Both the position numbers and the translations under genes were made by a program. Of a DNA stretch of 64,000 bases, positions 37,874 to 47,589 are shown in pieces. The notes below the pieces were generated by a model. The model saw nothing but the letters and a program-made list of their open reading frames with translations. It searched no databases and was not told where the DNA came from. Source of the stretch: Candidatus Dadabacteria bacterium (GTDB lineage: Bacteria > Desulfobacterota_D > UBA1144 > Nemesobacterales > Nemesobacteraceae); assembly GCA_022819805.1 (NCBI GenBank), contig JAJEGO010000059.1, positions 11,576 through 75,575 of the forward strand, given 5' to 3'. Numbering within the stretch: position 1 is the stretch's first letter; every line of letters starts with the position of its first letter.

Positions 37874-39298
37874 TTGTTGAAAGAAGCAGAGGAAGTTGCG
37901 CACGGCAACCTTGCCGCTGAAACCGACAGATCAGAAGAAAAAACAGAGTTTGACTGGGACGCAGTTCTTGAATGCGTGAAAAAAGACCTTTACTTCCCCC
38001 CCTCCTGGCTGTTTTCCATAAAAGTCGCAAAGATTGAAGGCAAGATGGTCACCCTTGAAGCGAAAACCCATTTCCAAGCGCTCTGGGTGAAAAACCACTA
38101 CCTGCAGCTGATAAACGACACCTCCCGGAGCCTCTACGGAAAAGATGGTTTCGAAGTAACCATAGATGCGGGCGAGGAAGAGTCGGCGGCCAGAGAAACA
38201 AAAAAAAGCAGGAACGCGGGCAGGCCGGAAAGAGCGGAATCCCATGATCCCCAGGCGGCCAGCTTTTTCAGTTCGACAAACACCTTTGAGAACTTCGTCG
38301 TCGGGCCGAGCAACCAGTTCGCTCACGCCGCATCCTACGCGATCGCCGAGAACCCGGGCATGGCCTATAACCCGCTTTTCATACACAGCGGCGTAGGCCT
38401 CGGGAAAACCCACCTCCTCCACTCGATAGGAAACCACATACTCAAGAGAAACGGAAACCATCTGAACACCTTCTGCATCTCCGCCGAGCACTTCACAAAC
38501 GGGGTGGTGCAGAGCATAAAAACGGGCTCAATGGACAAGTTCAGGAATCTCTACAGGTTCAACTGCGATGTTCTTCTCATAGACGACATCCAGTTCATCG
38601 CCGGAAAAGACAGCACCCAGGAGGAGTTCTTCCACACCTTCAACTCCCTCTACACGGCGAAAAAACAGATAGTGATAACCAGCGACAAGCCCCCGAGCGT
38701 GATGAAGAACTTCGAGGAGCGTCTGAAATCCAGGTTTGAGTGGGGGCTCACGGCGGACATACAGCCGCCGGAGGTGGAAACCAAGATAGCGATCATAGAG
38801 AAAAAGGCCGAGGAGGAAAAAATCGAGATTCCAGACGATGTGGCCTCCTTCATAGCCCAGAACGTTCTCTCCAACATAAGAGAGCTCGAGGGATCGGTGA
38901 ACAAACTGTTTGCCTACTCAAAGATGTTCAGGGAGAGAATAACCTTGGAACTGGCAAAACAACTCCTGAAAAACCTGGTAAAAAAGGAAACCCCGAAGAT
39001 AATAACCATAGAACTTATCCAAAGGGAGGTAAGCACGTTTTTCGACCTGACTGTAAAGGAGCTGAAATCCAGCCAGAAGCAGAAAAAAGTCTCTGAGCCC
39101 AGGCAGATAGCGATGTTCCTTTCAAGAAAATACACTTCCTCATCGTTCCCGGAGATCGGAAACAGGTTCGGCGGGAAGAACCACTCCACCGTGGTCCACG
39201 CGGTAAAAAATGTCGAAAAGAAGATCGGAAGAGATCCCTCGGTCTCAAATGCCGTCGCGGCAATCTCCTCAACCCTAGAGAAGTTCATCACCTCCTAA
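37874..39298 (+). CDS. dnaA: Chromosomal replication initiator protein DnaA.
   Basis: The gene has a TTG start. The product has the AAA+ Walker A motif GVGLGKTHLL, sensor motifs and a C-terminal DNA-binding domain (IAMFLSRKYTSSSFPEIGNRFGGKNHSTVVHA). Confidence 0.9.
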   Translation: MLKEAEEVAHGNLAAETDRSEEKTEFDWDAVLECVKKDLYFPPSWLFSIKVAKIEGKMVTLEAKTHFQALWVKNHYLQLINDTSRSLYGKDGFEVTIDAGEEESAARETKKSRNAGRPERAESHDPQAASFFSSTNTFENFVVGPSNQFAHAASYAIAENPGMAYNPLFIHSGVGLGKTHLLHSIGNHILKRNGNHLNTFCISAEHFTNGVVQSIKTGSMDKFRNLYRFNCDVLLIDDIQFIAGKDSTQEEFFHTFNSLYTAKKQIVITSDKPPSVMKNFEERLKSRFEWGLTADIQPPEVETKIAIIEKKAEEEKIEIPDDVASFIAQNVLSNIRELEGSVNKLFAYSKMFRERITLELAKQLLKNLVKKETPKIITIELIQREVSTFFDLTVKELKSSQKQKKVSEPRQIAMFLSRKYTSSSFPEIGNRFGGKNHSTVVHAVKNVEKKIGRDPSVSNAVAAISSTLEKFITS

Positions 39299-39680
39299 GC
39301 GCCTCGGGCAGCAACCTGTCAAGAAAAACTGAAAAGGCTGTGCAAGAATTTGGGTTTTTCTGCCGAAAGACCAAAAACCGGGGAGAGAGTGTGAATATCT
39401 GTCGGGAAAAAGAAAGACTATGAACAGATCCCAAGCCGCAAAGCACCCGCCACGGTGGGCAATTTCACTGATTTCACTCTTTTCACAACGACTACTGCTA
39501 CTACTACGAGTAGTAGTTTTAAAACTAAAAGAAAGAAATAACAGCAGAAAGAAGCTGGCAATTGTGAATTATGGTTTTGTCTCTTAAAACTGGTTATTAT
39601 CTTCATAATAAGCATATTTGAATACAATGGAAAAAGAGATGTTTTTCCGTTTTTTCCGGAAATGGAGGTTTTCTTCTTAG
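39299..39680. other. Candidate oriC region in the dnaA-dnaN intergenic spacer. It has a strongly AT-rich DNA-unwinding-element-like segment (~39470-39660) and a few degenerate DnaA-box-like 9-mers.
   Basis: There is a sharp drop in GC content. The inverted repeat ACTACTAC-GA-GTAGTAGT lies at ~39490-39510. The 9-mers TGTGAATAT (39390) and TGTGAATTA (39564) resemble the reverse complement of the DnaA box TTATNCACA. Confidence 0.45.
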
Positions 39681-40838
39681 ATGATGTTTAAAATCAAAGG
39701 CGGAGATTTTTCAAGGAAGCTTGGGATGATCCAGGGAGTTGTGGAGAAAAGAACCACCATGCCTATCCTCTCCCATGTTCTTGTGAGCTCTACCGACAAG
39801 GGCTTGCTTCTGGAAGCCACGGATCTTGAAAACACGGCTATTGTTTCGTGCGACGCGCAGACTGAAGGAGAATTCAAAATGGCGGTTCCCGCCGGAATCC
39901 TCTCGGATCTTGTGAGGGAAATTAAGGAGGAAGAAGAAATTTCGGTTACCGCCACCGAGAACAACTGGATAGAGGTTGTCACCAGTTCCGGTTCTTTTAA
40001 GATTGCCGGATTGGCGGCCGATGATTTTCCCAGGATTCCGGAGGTTTCATCGGATGATCTTTTCCAGATTTCTTCTGAGACGCTTGAGGAAATGATATCC
40101 AAGACGGTTTTTTCCGTGTCGGACGATGAAATGAGAAGGAGCCTCTCCGGGGTGTTCTTCGAAAAAAGAGGAGAGCAGACGCTAAGGCTGGTTGCCACCG
40201 ACGGCCACAGGTTGAGCTATGTCGACCAGAAGGTGGAAGGCCTTAACTTCTCAAAGGATATTCTGGTTCCCAAAAAGGCAGTTATGGAGATAAGAAGGCT
40301 TCTTCGCCTCTCAAAGGAAGTCAGGATCGGTAGCAGCGGCAATTTCTTTGTTTTTGAACTTAAAGACGAGGACTTGGTTTTCATCTCCAGGGTGATCGAT
40401 GCCGAGTTTCCGGATTACATGCAGGTGGTTCCGGTTTCAACGAAGAACACGGTCAGGGTCGATGCGGCCAAGCTGCTGCTTGCGCTCAGGAGGGTTTCTC
40501 TTTTCTCCGCAGATAATGTGAGGGGCGGGGGAAGGTTTGTAGAAATGGCTTTCGGGGAAGGAAGCCTGCTTCTCGGCGCCTATCTGAATACCGGCGAGGG
40601 GAAGGAGAGCATGCCGGTTGAGTATTCCGGGGAGGAGGTCAGGCTCGGTTTCAATTTCACCTATTTCCAAGATGTCCTCGACGCGGTGGGATCTTCCGAG
40701 GTTATGATCGGTTTTTCCGGACACAAGAACCCGGTGTATGTGGTTCCCTGCGATGAGGGGGAGAAGCAGGACGGCTACGTGAACGTGATAATGCCAATGG
40801 AGCTTGATGCCAGGGCGGAGGGGCAGGCGGGAGAGTAA
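39681..40838 (+). CDS. dnaN: DNA polymerase III beta sliding clamp.
   Basis: The 385-aa product shows the DnaN three-domain pattern (MMFKIKGGDFSRKLGMIQGVVEKRTTMPILSHVLV...). Confidence 0.9.
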   Translation: MMFKIKGGDFSRKLGMIQGVVEKRTTMPILSHVLVSSTDKGLLLEATDLENTAIVSCDAQTEGEFKMAVPAGILSDLVREIKEEEEISVTATENNWIEVVTSSGSFKIAGLAADDFPRIPEVSSDDLFQISSETLEEMISKTVFSVSDDEMRRSLSGVFFEKRGEQTLRLVATDGHRLSYVDQKVEGLNFSKDILVPKKAVMEIRRLLRLSKEVRIGSSGNFFVFELKDEDLVFISRVIDAEFPDYMQVVPVSTKNTVRVDAAKLLLALRRVSLFSADNVRGGGRFVEMAFGEGSLLLGAYLNTGEGKESMPVEYSGEEVRLGFNFTYFQDVLDAVGSSEVMIGFSGHKNPVYVVPCDEGEKQDGYVNVIMPMELDARAEGQAGE

Positions 40839-40853
40839 CTCTCGCACCTTAAT

Positions 40854-42320
40854 ATGCTAGGTGGATTCATCGGAGTTGATTTTTCCGGCGGAAAGGTCAG
40901 AACCGTAACTGTAAGAAGAGGACTCAAGGGGACCGAAATTCGTAAATCCTCTCTCTCTGGAGAGCCCGGGAGCAGTGAAGCAGCCGGTTTTCTCAAGAAC
41001 GAAGTTTCCCTCGGAACCCGGGCCGTCACGGGAATCAGTTTTTCCCCGCTTCTCCTGAGGGTTCTTAAGTTCCCTTTCACAGATTCTAAAAAAGTGAGGA
41101 GCGTCTGCCGTTTCGAACTTGAGAACTCTACCGGTTTTACCTTGGGAGAGGACGTGCTCTCCGACTACCACGAGATAAAGACACAGGAGGGAACCGAGGC
41201 CATAGTTCCGGCCTTCGGGCGGGATGTGTTTGAAAGTTACCTCGGCTCAGTGCAGGAGCGGTGGGTGGATCCTGAGCAGGTGTCGTTTTCCCCCGTAGCG
41301 TTTTCCTCGCTTGGAGGGTTTCTTGAAGGGCCGCGGCCCCTTCTTCTGGTGGATGCCGACCAGGACCACCTGAATTTCTCCCTCTTTGACGAGCGGGGGC
41401 TTACCAGAGTGAGAAACTGCGACTACGCCGTTGAGAAAATGAAGGAGTCCCTTGCTGTGGGCACCCTTGATTTCCAGCAGATAAACAGCGACGGGGAAAG
41501 AAAAAATGCGTTTCTCGAAAACAGCCGCTTCATCGCCGAGGAAGTGAGAACCACCGCCCGCTATTTCGAGGGTGAAGCCGGGGAGGAGATAAAGAGCGTT
41601 GTTCTCACGGGTGAGATATGCCAGGTAGAGGGAATCGTGGAAAAGCTTTCGGAGCATATTGGCCAGGGGGTAAAAACGATTTTCATACCGCAACTCGGCC
41701 GGGAAGACTCTCCTTTCTTCGCGAGGGCCTACGCTCTTGCGCTTTACGGGAGATCTTCGGGGGGGAGCAGAAGGATTAACCTGAGAAGGGATGGTTACAG
41801 GCCGCGGGGAGCCGCAAGGGGTCTGCTCAAGGAGTTCCGGGTTCCGGTCGCCTTGTGCGCCGCCCTGCTTCTTTTGGCGGTTTTCGGGCGCGCGACCGAA
41901 GTTGTCTCAGCCAAAGGGAAGATCAGTTCCATACGATCGGAGATGGAAAGCGACCTCAGGAGGGAGTTCCCGTCGGCCGCCGGAACCCAGGACCCGGTCG
42001 CTTTTTACAAGGGGAAGCTTGAAGTCATCAACCGCAAGCTGGAAATACTGAAACAGGTAAGAGGAGCTCACAGCCCGCTTGAGATACTGACGACGGTTTC
42101 TGCCACCGTTCCCAAGGACGTAAGTTTCTCGATTGACGAGATAAGGATTGAAGACGGGGGCAAGGCCAAGATATGGGGCAAAAGTGATTCCTACGAGGAA
42201 ATAGCGTCCATAGAAAAGGCCTTCTCGGAGTCAGGGAACTTTACCCAGGTGAAGATGGGGCAGGTAAGAAAGGCGGTTAACAACAGTTTGAAATTCGAGA
42301 TTTCCATGGTTGTCAGGTGA
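40854..42320 (+). CDS. GspL-like (PilM-PilN fusion-like) inner-membrane assembly protein. It has a cytoplasmic actin-like domain, one transmembrane helix and a periplasmic domain.
   Basis: The 488-aa product begins with a PilM/GspL-like N-terminus (IGVDFSGGKVRTVTV). It has a transmembrane segment at ~aa 335-355 (VPVALCAALLLLAVFG) and a ~130-aa periplasmic tail. Confidence 0.45.
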   Translation: MLGGFIGVDFSGGKVRTVTVRRGLKGTEIRKSSLSGEPGSSEAAGFLKNEVSLGTRAVTGISFSPLLLRVLKFPFTDSKKVRSVCRFELENSTGFTLGEDVLSDYHEIKTQEGTEAIVPAFGRDVFESYLGSVQERWVDPEQVSFSPVAFSSLGGFLEGPRPLLLVDADQDHLNFSLFDERGLTRVRNCDYAVEKMKESLAVGTLDFQQINSDGERKNAFLENSRFIAEEVRTTARYFEGEAGEEIKSVVLTGEICQVEGIVEKLSEHIGQGVKTIFIPQLGREDSPFFARAYALALYGRSSGGSRRINLRRDGYRPRGAARGLLKEFRVPVALCAALLLLAVFGRATEVVSAKGKISSIRSEMESDLRREFPSAAGTQDPVAFYKGKLEVINRKLEILKQVRGAHSPLEILTTVSATVPKDVSFSIDEIRIEDGGKAKIWGKSDSYEEIASIEKAFSESGNFTQVKMGQVRKAVNNSLKFEISMVVR

Positions 42321-42946
42321 AGATGCGGAAACTGATCGACAGACTGAAATCGCTTCTCGGAACCGTCGGGAAGAGGACCGAGCCCGTGGTGAGGAGGGTA
42401 AGGGATCTTATAGGAACAAGGGACTTCTCCGCAAGGGACGTCCGCGCCATCAAGATAGGTGTCGCGGTTCTGGCCATCTTCCTCGTTTTTTCTGTCTACA
42501 GGGCGGTTTTCCCTGGGGGTTCCGCCGTAAGAAGCGAGGTCAGCCAGATGAGGTTTCAGTTAGACGAGATGAGGGCCATTAAAGATGAGTACCGCTACTC
42601 AAGGGATCTTCTAGCCAAAGTTAGCGGCTCGATGAAGGAGGAAAAGGAAGCGCTGATTTCGGTTGCGGAGAAGGTGCTTATCAGAAACGGCATAGACCGC
42701 CGTTCCTTTTCAATAAGGGGAACCAATCCTTCGGTGAGAGGAAAGGGGATAAAGAGGGAAAGGGCCGTTCTGGTCAAGATAAACAAGGTGTCTGTCCCAA
42801 GGGTGATGAATGTCCTCTACGTCTTTCAGAAAAGCAAGACCATACTCAAGGTCTCAGACCTCAGAATAAAAACCAGGTTCGACAACCCTAACCTGACAGA
42901 CGTTTCGTTCCGTCTTTCAACTTTTTCTTTCAGCGAATCCGGCTGA
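42317..42946 (+). CDS. GspM/PilO-like bitopic membrane protein.
   Basis: The 209-aa product has a short cytoplasmic N-terminus, one transmembrane helix (IGVAVLAIFLVFSVY) and a periplasmic domain. Its start overlaps the upstream gene by 4 nt. Confidence 0.4.
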   Translation: MKMRKLIDRLKSLLGTVGKRTEPVVRRVRDLIGTRDFSARDVRAIKIGVAVLAIFLVFSVYRAVFPGGSAVRSEVSQMRFQLDEMRAIKDEYRYSRDLLAKVSGSMKEEKEALISVAEKVLIRNGIDRRSFSIRGTNPSVRGKGIKRERAVLVKINKVSVPRVMNVLYVFQKSKTILKVSDLRIKTRFDNPNLTDVSFRLSTFSFSESG

Positions 42947-42956
42947 GCGGGGAAAA

Positions 42957-43865
42957 ATGGACATAAAGACCAAGATCAAGATGCCGGAAAAAATCTCCAC
43001 CCCTCTCTATGTCGGGGTTTTCTTTGTGTTCTTTCTGATTTTTCTCCTCCTGGGGCTTCCTTGGGATTCCGTTGAAAGAAGAGCGGTCTTCGAGATACAG
43101 AGCAACTCCCCGGTTCCGGTCCTGATAGGCGACGCGGACATCAAGGGCCTTTCCTCGATTGAGCTCAGGGACATCCGGGTGATCCTCGGGGACAGGGAGC
43201 CGCTTGTGATTGACAGGGCCAGGGTGAACGCCGGGCTTTTCTCCGTTATTTTCTCCGACCACACCAAGATTTCGTTTTCCCTTGACGCCTACGGGGGGGA
43301 GATAGAGGGCAAGGTTTCGCAGGACATGAAGAAAAACAAGGTCACAAGCGCCGAAGTGGAGATAAATTCCGTTGAATCTTCGACCGTTTCCCGCCTTTTT
43401 ATCGACAGCGGCGGGGTTTCGGTGAGCGGGAAGGTCGATGGAAGCATAAAGTTTCTCGGAGAGGGGGAAAGCGGCGGGATCTCCAAGATGGAATACCTGA
43501 TATCCTCTCCCTCTCTTTCCATAGCGGTGGACAAGGTGCAGGGGTTCGAGGTGAAGGAGGAATACAGGAACCTGAGCGCGGTGCTCCGCGGCACCGCGAA
43601 CCGCTTCGAGTCGCGCGTCGAGAGCTTTTCGCTGACGAATCCGCAGATTTCCCTGCAGGCGGAAGGGAAAGTCCCGTCCCCTCTTCGTTTCAGAAAAGGG
43701 GCCGCCCTTGACCTCTCCGTTATGTTCAAGCCTTCCCCCGGGGACGTGAAACTTGCTCTTGTAGGCGGTTTTCTTGGTGCCAAGGGGGCCGACGGAGTCT
43801 TCTCCGGGAGGATTCAGGGAACGTTGTCGAAACCCAAGATCATAAGGGCGGACGAGGGCGGCTGA
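42957..43865 (+). CDS. GspN-like periplasmic protein with an N-terminal membrane anchor.
   Basis: The 302-aa product has a transmembrane helix near the N-terminus (LYVGVFFVFFLIFLLLGL). The rest is predicted beta-rich. Its position after the L-like and M-like genes matches the T2SS order L-M-N. Confidence 0.35.
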   Translation: MDIKTKIKMPEKISTPLYVGVFFVFFLIFLLLGLPWDSVERRAVFEIQSNSPVPVLIGDADIKGLSSIELRDIRVILGDREPLVIDRARVNAGLFSVIFSDHTKISFSLDAYGGEIEGKVSQDMKKNKVTSAEVEINSVESSTVSRLFIDSGGVSVSGKVDGSIKFLGEGESGGISKMEYLISSPSLSIAVDKVQGFEVKEEYRNLSAVLRGTANRFESRVESFSLTNPQISLQAEGKVPSPLRFRKGAALDLSVMFKPSPGDVKLALVGGFLGAKGADGVFSGRIQGTLSKPKIIRADEGG

Positions 43866-43951
43866 CGAACCTGTTTTCGGCGCGGCGGACTATTTGACTT
43901 TGCCCTACCCCCTCGCTATTCTTCTCACAATATTCTCCTTAAGACTGGATA

Positions 43952-45037
43952 ATGGCTCCCAACAAAGAACTCGCCTCCGTAAGAAGGGAAATAGACGCCC
44001 TTGACTCCAAGTTGCTTGAACTTATAAACAGGCGGGCCGAGTTTGCGGTAGAGGTAAGCAGGCTCAAGGAAGGAGGTTCCCTGGGAATTTACGACCGAGG
44101 CAGGGAAAAGGAGATAGAATCCAAGATAACGGGAAACAATCCCGGTCCCCTTTCAGATGAGGACATTCTTTTTGTTTTCAGAGAGATAATATCGCGTTGC
44201 AAGTCTCTTCAGCACTATGAGAAAGTTGCTTACCTCGGACCCGAGGGCAGCTTTTCAAACCAGGCCGCATTTCGGAAATTCGGCGCTTCCTCGGAATTCC
44301 TTCCCGTGTCGAGCTTCGGGGACGTATTCGAGGAGGTGTACGGAAAGAGGGCCAGTTTCGGCATAGTGCCCGTTGAGAACTCGGTTGAAGGCTCTGTGGG
44401 AGATGTTCTTGACATGTTCCTTGAGTGGGATCTCACTATATCCGCCGAGTGTTTCGAGCGCATTGAGCATTTCCTGCTTTCGACAAGCGGGGATGTCAAG
44501 CAAGTCAAAACGGTGGCTTCGAATCCACAGGCTCTGGGGCAATGCAGGAAATGGATCTCCGCCAACCTCTACGGCGTCGGGCTCCTCGAGACCTCGAGCA
44601 CCGCGGCGGCGGCCAAGCTTGCAGCGAGGGACAAGGACGTGGCCGCGATCGCGAGCGAGTTCTCGGGGTCGATATACGGCCTGAAGACGATACAGAATCA
44701 TATAGAGGACAGCCCGCGCAACACGACCCGGTTCCTGGTGGTGGGCAGGGAGAGTCCTCCCCCGAGCGGAGACGACAAGACCTCGATAGCATTTTCCGTC
44801 AAGGATGAGCCGGGGGCGCTTCACAAGGCGTTTTTTCTCCCTTTTTCAGAATCCGACATAAACCTCTCCAAGATCGAGTCCAGGCCCTTGCGGGACGGGC
44901 AGTGGGAATACGTGTTCTTCGCCGACTTCTCGGGACATCAGGAGGATGATGCTGTAAGGGAAGCACTTGAGAAGTTGGAAGCCAAATGCGTTTTTCTCAA
45001 GGTGCTTGGATCCTACCCCGTCGAAGCGCCGGGTTGA
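43952..45037 (+). CDS. pheA: Bifunctional chorismate mutase / prephenate dehydratase (P-protein).
   Basis: The 361-aa product has an N-terminal chorismate mutase helix region (REIDALDSKLLELINRRAEFA), a PDT domain (GIVPVENSVEGSV) and an ACT domain with the ESRP motif. Confidence 0.85.
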   Translation: MAPNKELASVRREIDALDSKLLELINRRAEFAVEVSRLKEGGSLGIYDRGREKEIESKITGNNPGPLSDEDILFVFREIISRCKSLQHYEKVAYLGPEGSFSNQAAFRKFGASSEFLPVSSFGDVFEEVYGKRASFGIVPVENSVEGSVGDVLDMFLEWDLTISAECFERIEHFLLSTSGDVKQVKTVASNPQALGQCRKWISANLYGVGLLETSSTAAAAKLAARDKDVAAIASEFSGSIYGLKTIQNHIEDSPRNTTRFLVVGRESPPPSGDDKTSIAFSVKDEPGALHKAFFLPFSESDINLSKIESRPLRDGQWEYVFFADFSGHQEDDAVREALEKLEAKCVFLKVLGSYPVEAPG

Positions 45038-45062
45038 CAGCCGCTTGCTGGGCAGAACCCCG

Positions 45063-46148
45063 ATGGAACCAAGACCAAGCGTAAAAAACCTTATTCCCTA
45101 CGTTCCGGGAAAGCCGATTGAGGAACTCGAGCGGGAACTCGGAATTCAGGGGGCGGCCAAGATGGCTTCGAACGAAAATCCCCTTGGTCCTTCCCCGCTT
45201 GGGAAAAAAGCGCTCGCAGAGCACGTCTCGAAAGTCAATCTCTATCCCGACGGGGGCTGCTTCGAGCTTAAGCGGAAACTTTCCGAAAAGCTCGGGGTTC
45301 CCGAAAATACGATAATAGTCGGCAACGGCTCGAACGAGGTGATAGAGATAGTCGCAAGGACGTTTCTTGAGCCCGGGGACGAGGCCATATACGGCCGCCA
45401 CGCTTTTATCGTCTACCCGATCGTCACCCAGGCACTGGGATGCTCGCACGTCATTTCCGAGATGCCGGATCTCACCCACGACCTAGAGGACATGCTCTCC
45501 TTGGTCACGGAGAAAACGAAGATCATCTATATAGCGAACCCCAACAATCCCACCGGGACGATTGTGAGAAGGGACGAGTTCGAGCGGTTCCTCAAGAGGG
45601 TTCCTGAGAACGTGATAGTGCTTGTGGACGAAGCCTATTTCGAGTACGTCGACGATCCGCAGTACCCGGACACGCTGCGCTACCACTCGGTTCGCGAATC
45701 GCTCGTGACGGTGAGAACCTTCTCCAAGATTTACGGGCTTGCGGGCCTGAGGGTCGGCTACGGGGTGGCGTCCGCCGAGGCGGTCTCCTACATGGACAGG
45801 GTGCGGGAGCCGTTTAACGTGAACTCGGCCGCCCAGGCGGCGGCCTGCGCCGCGCTTGACGACGAAAGGCACGTTGCCCGCTCAAGGAAGCTTAACCGCA
45901 GCGGAAGGGAATATTTCCGCGAGAAGCTGGCCGAACTCGGGGTCGGGTACACTGAGTCCCATGCGAATTTTTTTCTCGTTGACCTGAAGGAGGATCCGAT
46001 GCCGGTCTACGAGGCGCTTCTTCGCGACGGGGTGATAACGAGGCCCGTAGGCGGCTACGGACTGAAAACTCATCTAAGGGTGAGCTTCGGTCTCGCGCGG
46101 GAAAACGAAAGATTCATTGAATCGCTTGGGAGGATTCTCGGAAGATGA
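45063..46148 (+). CDS. hisC: Histidinol-phosphate / aromatic aminotransferase, class II.
   Basis: An internal ATG at 45063 gives MEPRPSVKNLIPYVPGKP... ASNENPLGPSP, the HisC signature, with the PLP-lysine region FSKIYGLAGLRVGY. Confidence 0.8.
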   Translation: MEPRPSVKNLIPYVPGKPIEELERELGIQGAAKMASNENPLGPSPLGKKALAEHVSKVNLYPDGGCFELKRKLSEKLGVPENTIIVGNGSNEVIEIVARTFLEPGDEAIYGRHAFIVYPIVTQALGCSHVISEMPDLTHDLEDMLSLVTEKTKIIYIANPNNPTGTIVRRDEFERFLKRVPENVIVLVDEAYFEYVDDPQYPDTLRYHSVRESLVTVRTFSKIYGLAGLRVGYGVASAEAVSYMDRVREPFNVNSAAQAAACAALDDERHVARSRKLNRSGREYFREKLAELGVGYTESHANFFLVDLKEDPMPVYEALLRDGVITRPVGGYGLKTHLRVSFGLARENERFIESLGRILGR

Positions 46149-47014
46149 CTTTTGAAAAAGTGGCGGTGGTAGGTCTGGGGCTCATAGGCGGCTCCCTCGC
46201 GGCGGCCCTTCGCGAATCGGGGGAAGTCTGGGAGGTTTTCGGGGTCGAGCGGGACCCGGAGTCGCTTCGCTTCGCCCTTAAGAGCGGAATCATAGACAAG
46301 GGCTCTTCCGAAATCGGCCCCGGCATGTCGAGATCCGAAATAGTCGTCGTCGCGACCTACGTCGACACGATAGCGCAGGTGGCCAAGGAGGTTTCCAGGT
46401 TTGTTCTCCCCGGCACGGCGGTCTGCGACGTGGGAAGCGTCAAGGCTCCCGTGGTGAGGGAAATGGAAAAGGGTTCCTGGAGCATCCGCTTCGTCGGAGC
46501 CCATCCCATCGCGGGGAAGGAAACATCCGGCGTCAGGGAGTCCGATCCCGGTCTTTTCTCAGGAAAAAAATGCATTGTCACTCCCGTGGAGAGCACCAGC
46601 CCCGAAGCCCTCTCCATGGTGAAAACGCTCTTTTCGCTTGCGGGGGGCGAGGTGGTCGAGATGAATCCCGAATCCCACGACGAGGTTTTCTCGCTCGTAA
46701 GCCACCTTCCCCATGCGGTCGCCTATTCGCTCGTGAACACGGTGGCTTCCGGGGGAGGAGACAGGAACCTTTTTGATTTCTCGGGCGGGGGCCTGGCCGA
46801 CTTGACCAGAATCGCCGACAGTTCCCCCGAGATGTGGGCAGGTATTTTCATCGAAAACCGCGACGCGCTGCTGGGAGCCATCCGCGGCTTCACGGGGGAA
46901 CTCGGGAAGATTGAAAAAGCCGTCGCCGCCGGTAATGTAGAAGATCTGGTGGCCCTTTTGAGGGAGGCCCGGGATTCAAAGAGAAATCTCGGGGAGCGAG
47001 AAGAGAATGTCTGA
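46145..47014 (+). CDS. tyrA: Prephenate dehydrogenase.
   Basis: The 289-aa product has a Rossmann-fold N-terminus ([14 protein letters not shown]) and a prephenate dehydrogenase core (GAHPIAGKE). Confidence 0.8.
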   Translation: MTFEKVAVVGLGLIGGSLAAALRESGEVWEVFGVERDPESLRFALKSGIIDKGSSEIGPGMSRSEIVVVATYVDTIAQVAKEVSRFVLPGTAVCDVGSVKAPVVREMEKGSWSIRFVGAHPIAGKETSGVRESDPGLFSGKKCIVTPVESTSPEALSMVKTLFSLAGGEVVEMNPESHDEVFSLVSHLPHAVAYSLVNTVASGGGDRNLFDFSGGGLADLTRIADSSPEMWAGIFIENRDALLGAIRGFTGELGKIEKAVAAGNVEDLVALLREARDSKRNLGEREENV

Positions 47015-47408
47015 GAAGGTAAAGAAAACGGACGAGCAGTGGCAGGAGGAACTCTCCACCGAGCAGTTCTTGGTCACGAGAAAAGCGGGCACGGAGAGGG
47101 CCTTTACCGGCAAGTATCACGACCATCACGAAAAAGGCATGTATGTCTGCGTCTGCTGCGGACAGAAACTTTTCCGTTTCTCTGAGAAATTCGATTCCGG
47201 CACGGGATGGCCGAGCTTCTGGGAACCCGTCTCGCAGGAGAACATAACGGAGAAAGCCGACCGTTCCCACGGGATGACGAGAACCGAGGTGCTGTGCTCA
47301 AAGTGCGACGCCCACCTTGGACATGTTTTTCCCGACGGCCCCCAGCCCACGGGGATGAGGTACTGTATAAATTCCGCCTCTCTGGATTTTGAAGAAGAAG
47401 AGGATTAG
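47007..47408 (+). CDS. msrB: Peptide-methionine (R)-S-oxide reductase MsrB.
   Basis: The 133-aa product has two CxxC zinc motifs (CVCCG and [12 protein letters not shown]) and the catalytic RYCINS. Confidence 0.85.
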   Translation: MSEKVKKTDEQWQEELSTEQFLVTRKAGTERAFTGKYHDHHEKGMYVCVCCGQKLFRFSEKFDSGTGWPSFWEPVSQENITEKADRSHGMTRTEVLCSKCDAHLGHVFPDGPQPTGMRYCINSASLDFEEEED

Positions 47409-47413
47409 GGAAG

Positions 47414-47486
47414 TGGCGACGGGTGGGTTCGAACCACCGACACAGGCCTTATGAGAGCCCCGCTCTACCCCTGAGCTACGCCGCCA
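47414..47486 (-). tRNA. tRNA with anticodon CAU. It is either an elongator tRNA-Met or tRNA-Ile2, which is read as Ile after TilS lysidinylation.
   Basis: Manual fold of the minus strand. The acceptor stem is GGCGGCG/CGTCGCC with a paired G1-C72, so it is not an initiator. The D-arm is GCTC-AGGGGTA-GAGC. The anticodon loop is CT-CAT-AA. The T-arm is GGTGG-TTCGAAC-CCACC. CCA is not encoded. Confidence 0.75.
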
Positions 47487-47589
47487 AGGTAAATCAAAAG
47501 GCAGCAAATTATACCGGAAGTCCGCAAGGATTCAACGCACGGGTTTGTGGATTCGGCGGAAACTGGCGCGCCTACCGGTTCTGTGTAAA

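Noticed and set aside
39418-39627. 69-aa minus-strand ORF inside the dnaA-dnaN spacer.
   Set aside because: It falls in the AT-rich, DUE-like putative origin and has no RBS. It is composed mostly of hydrophobic low-complexity sequence (LLVVVAVVVV).
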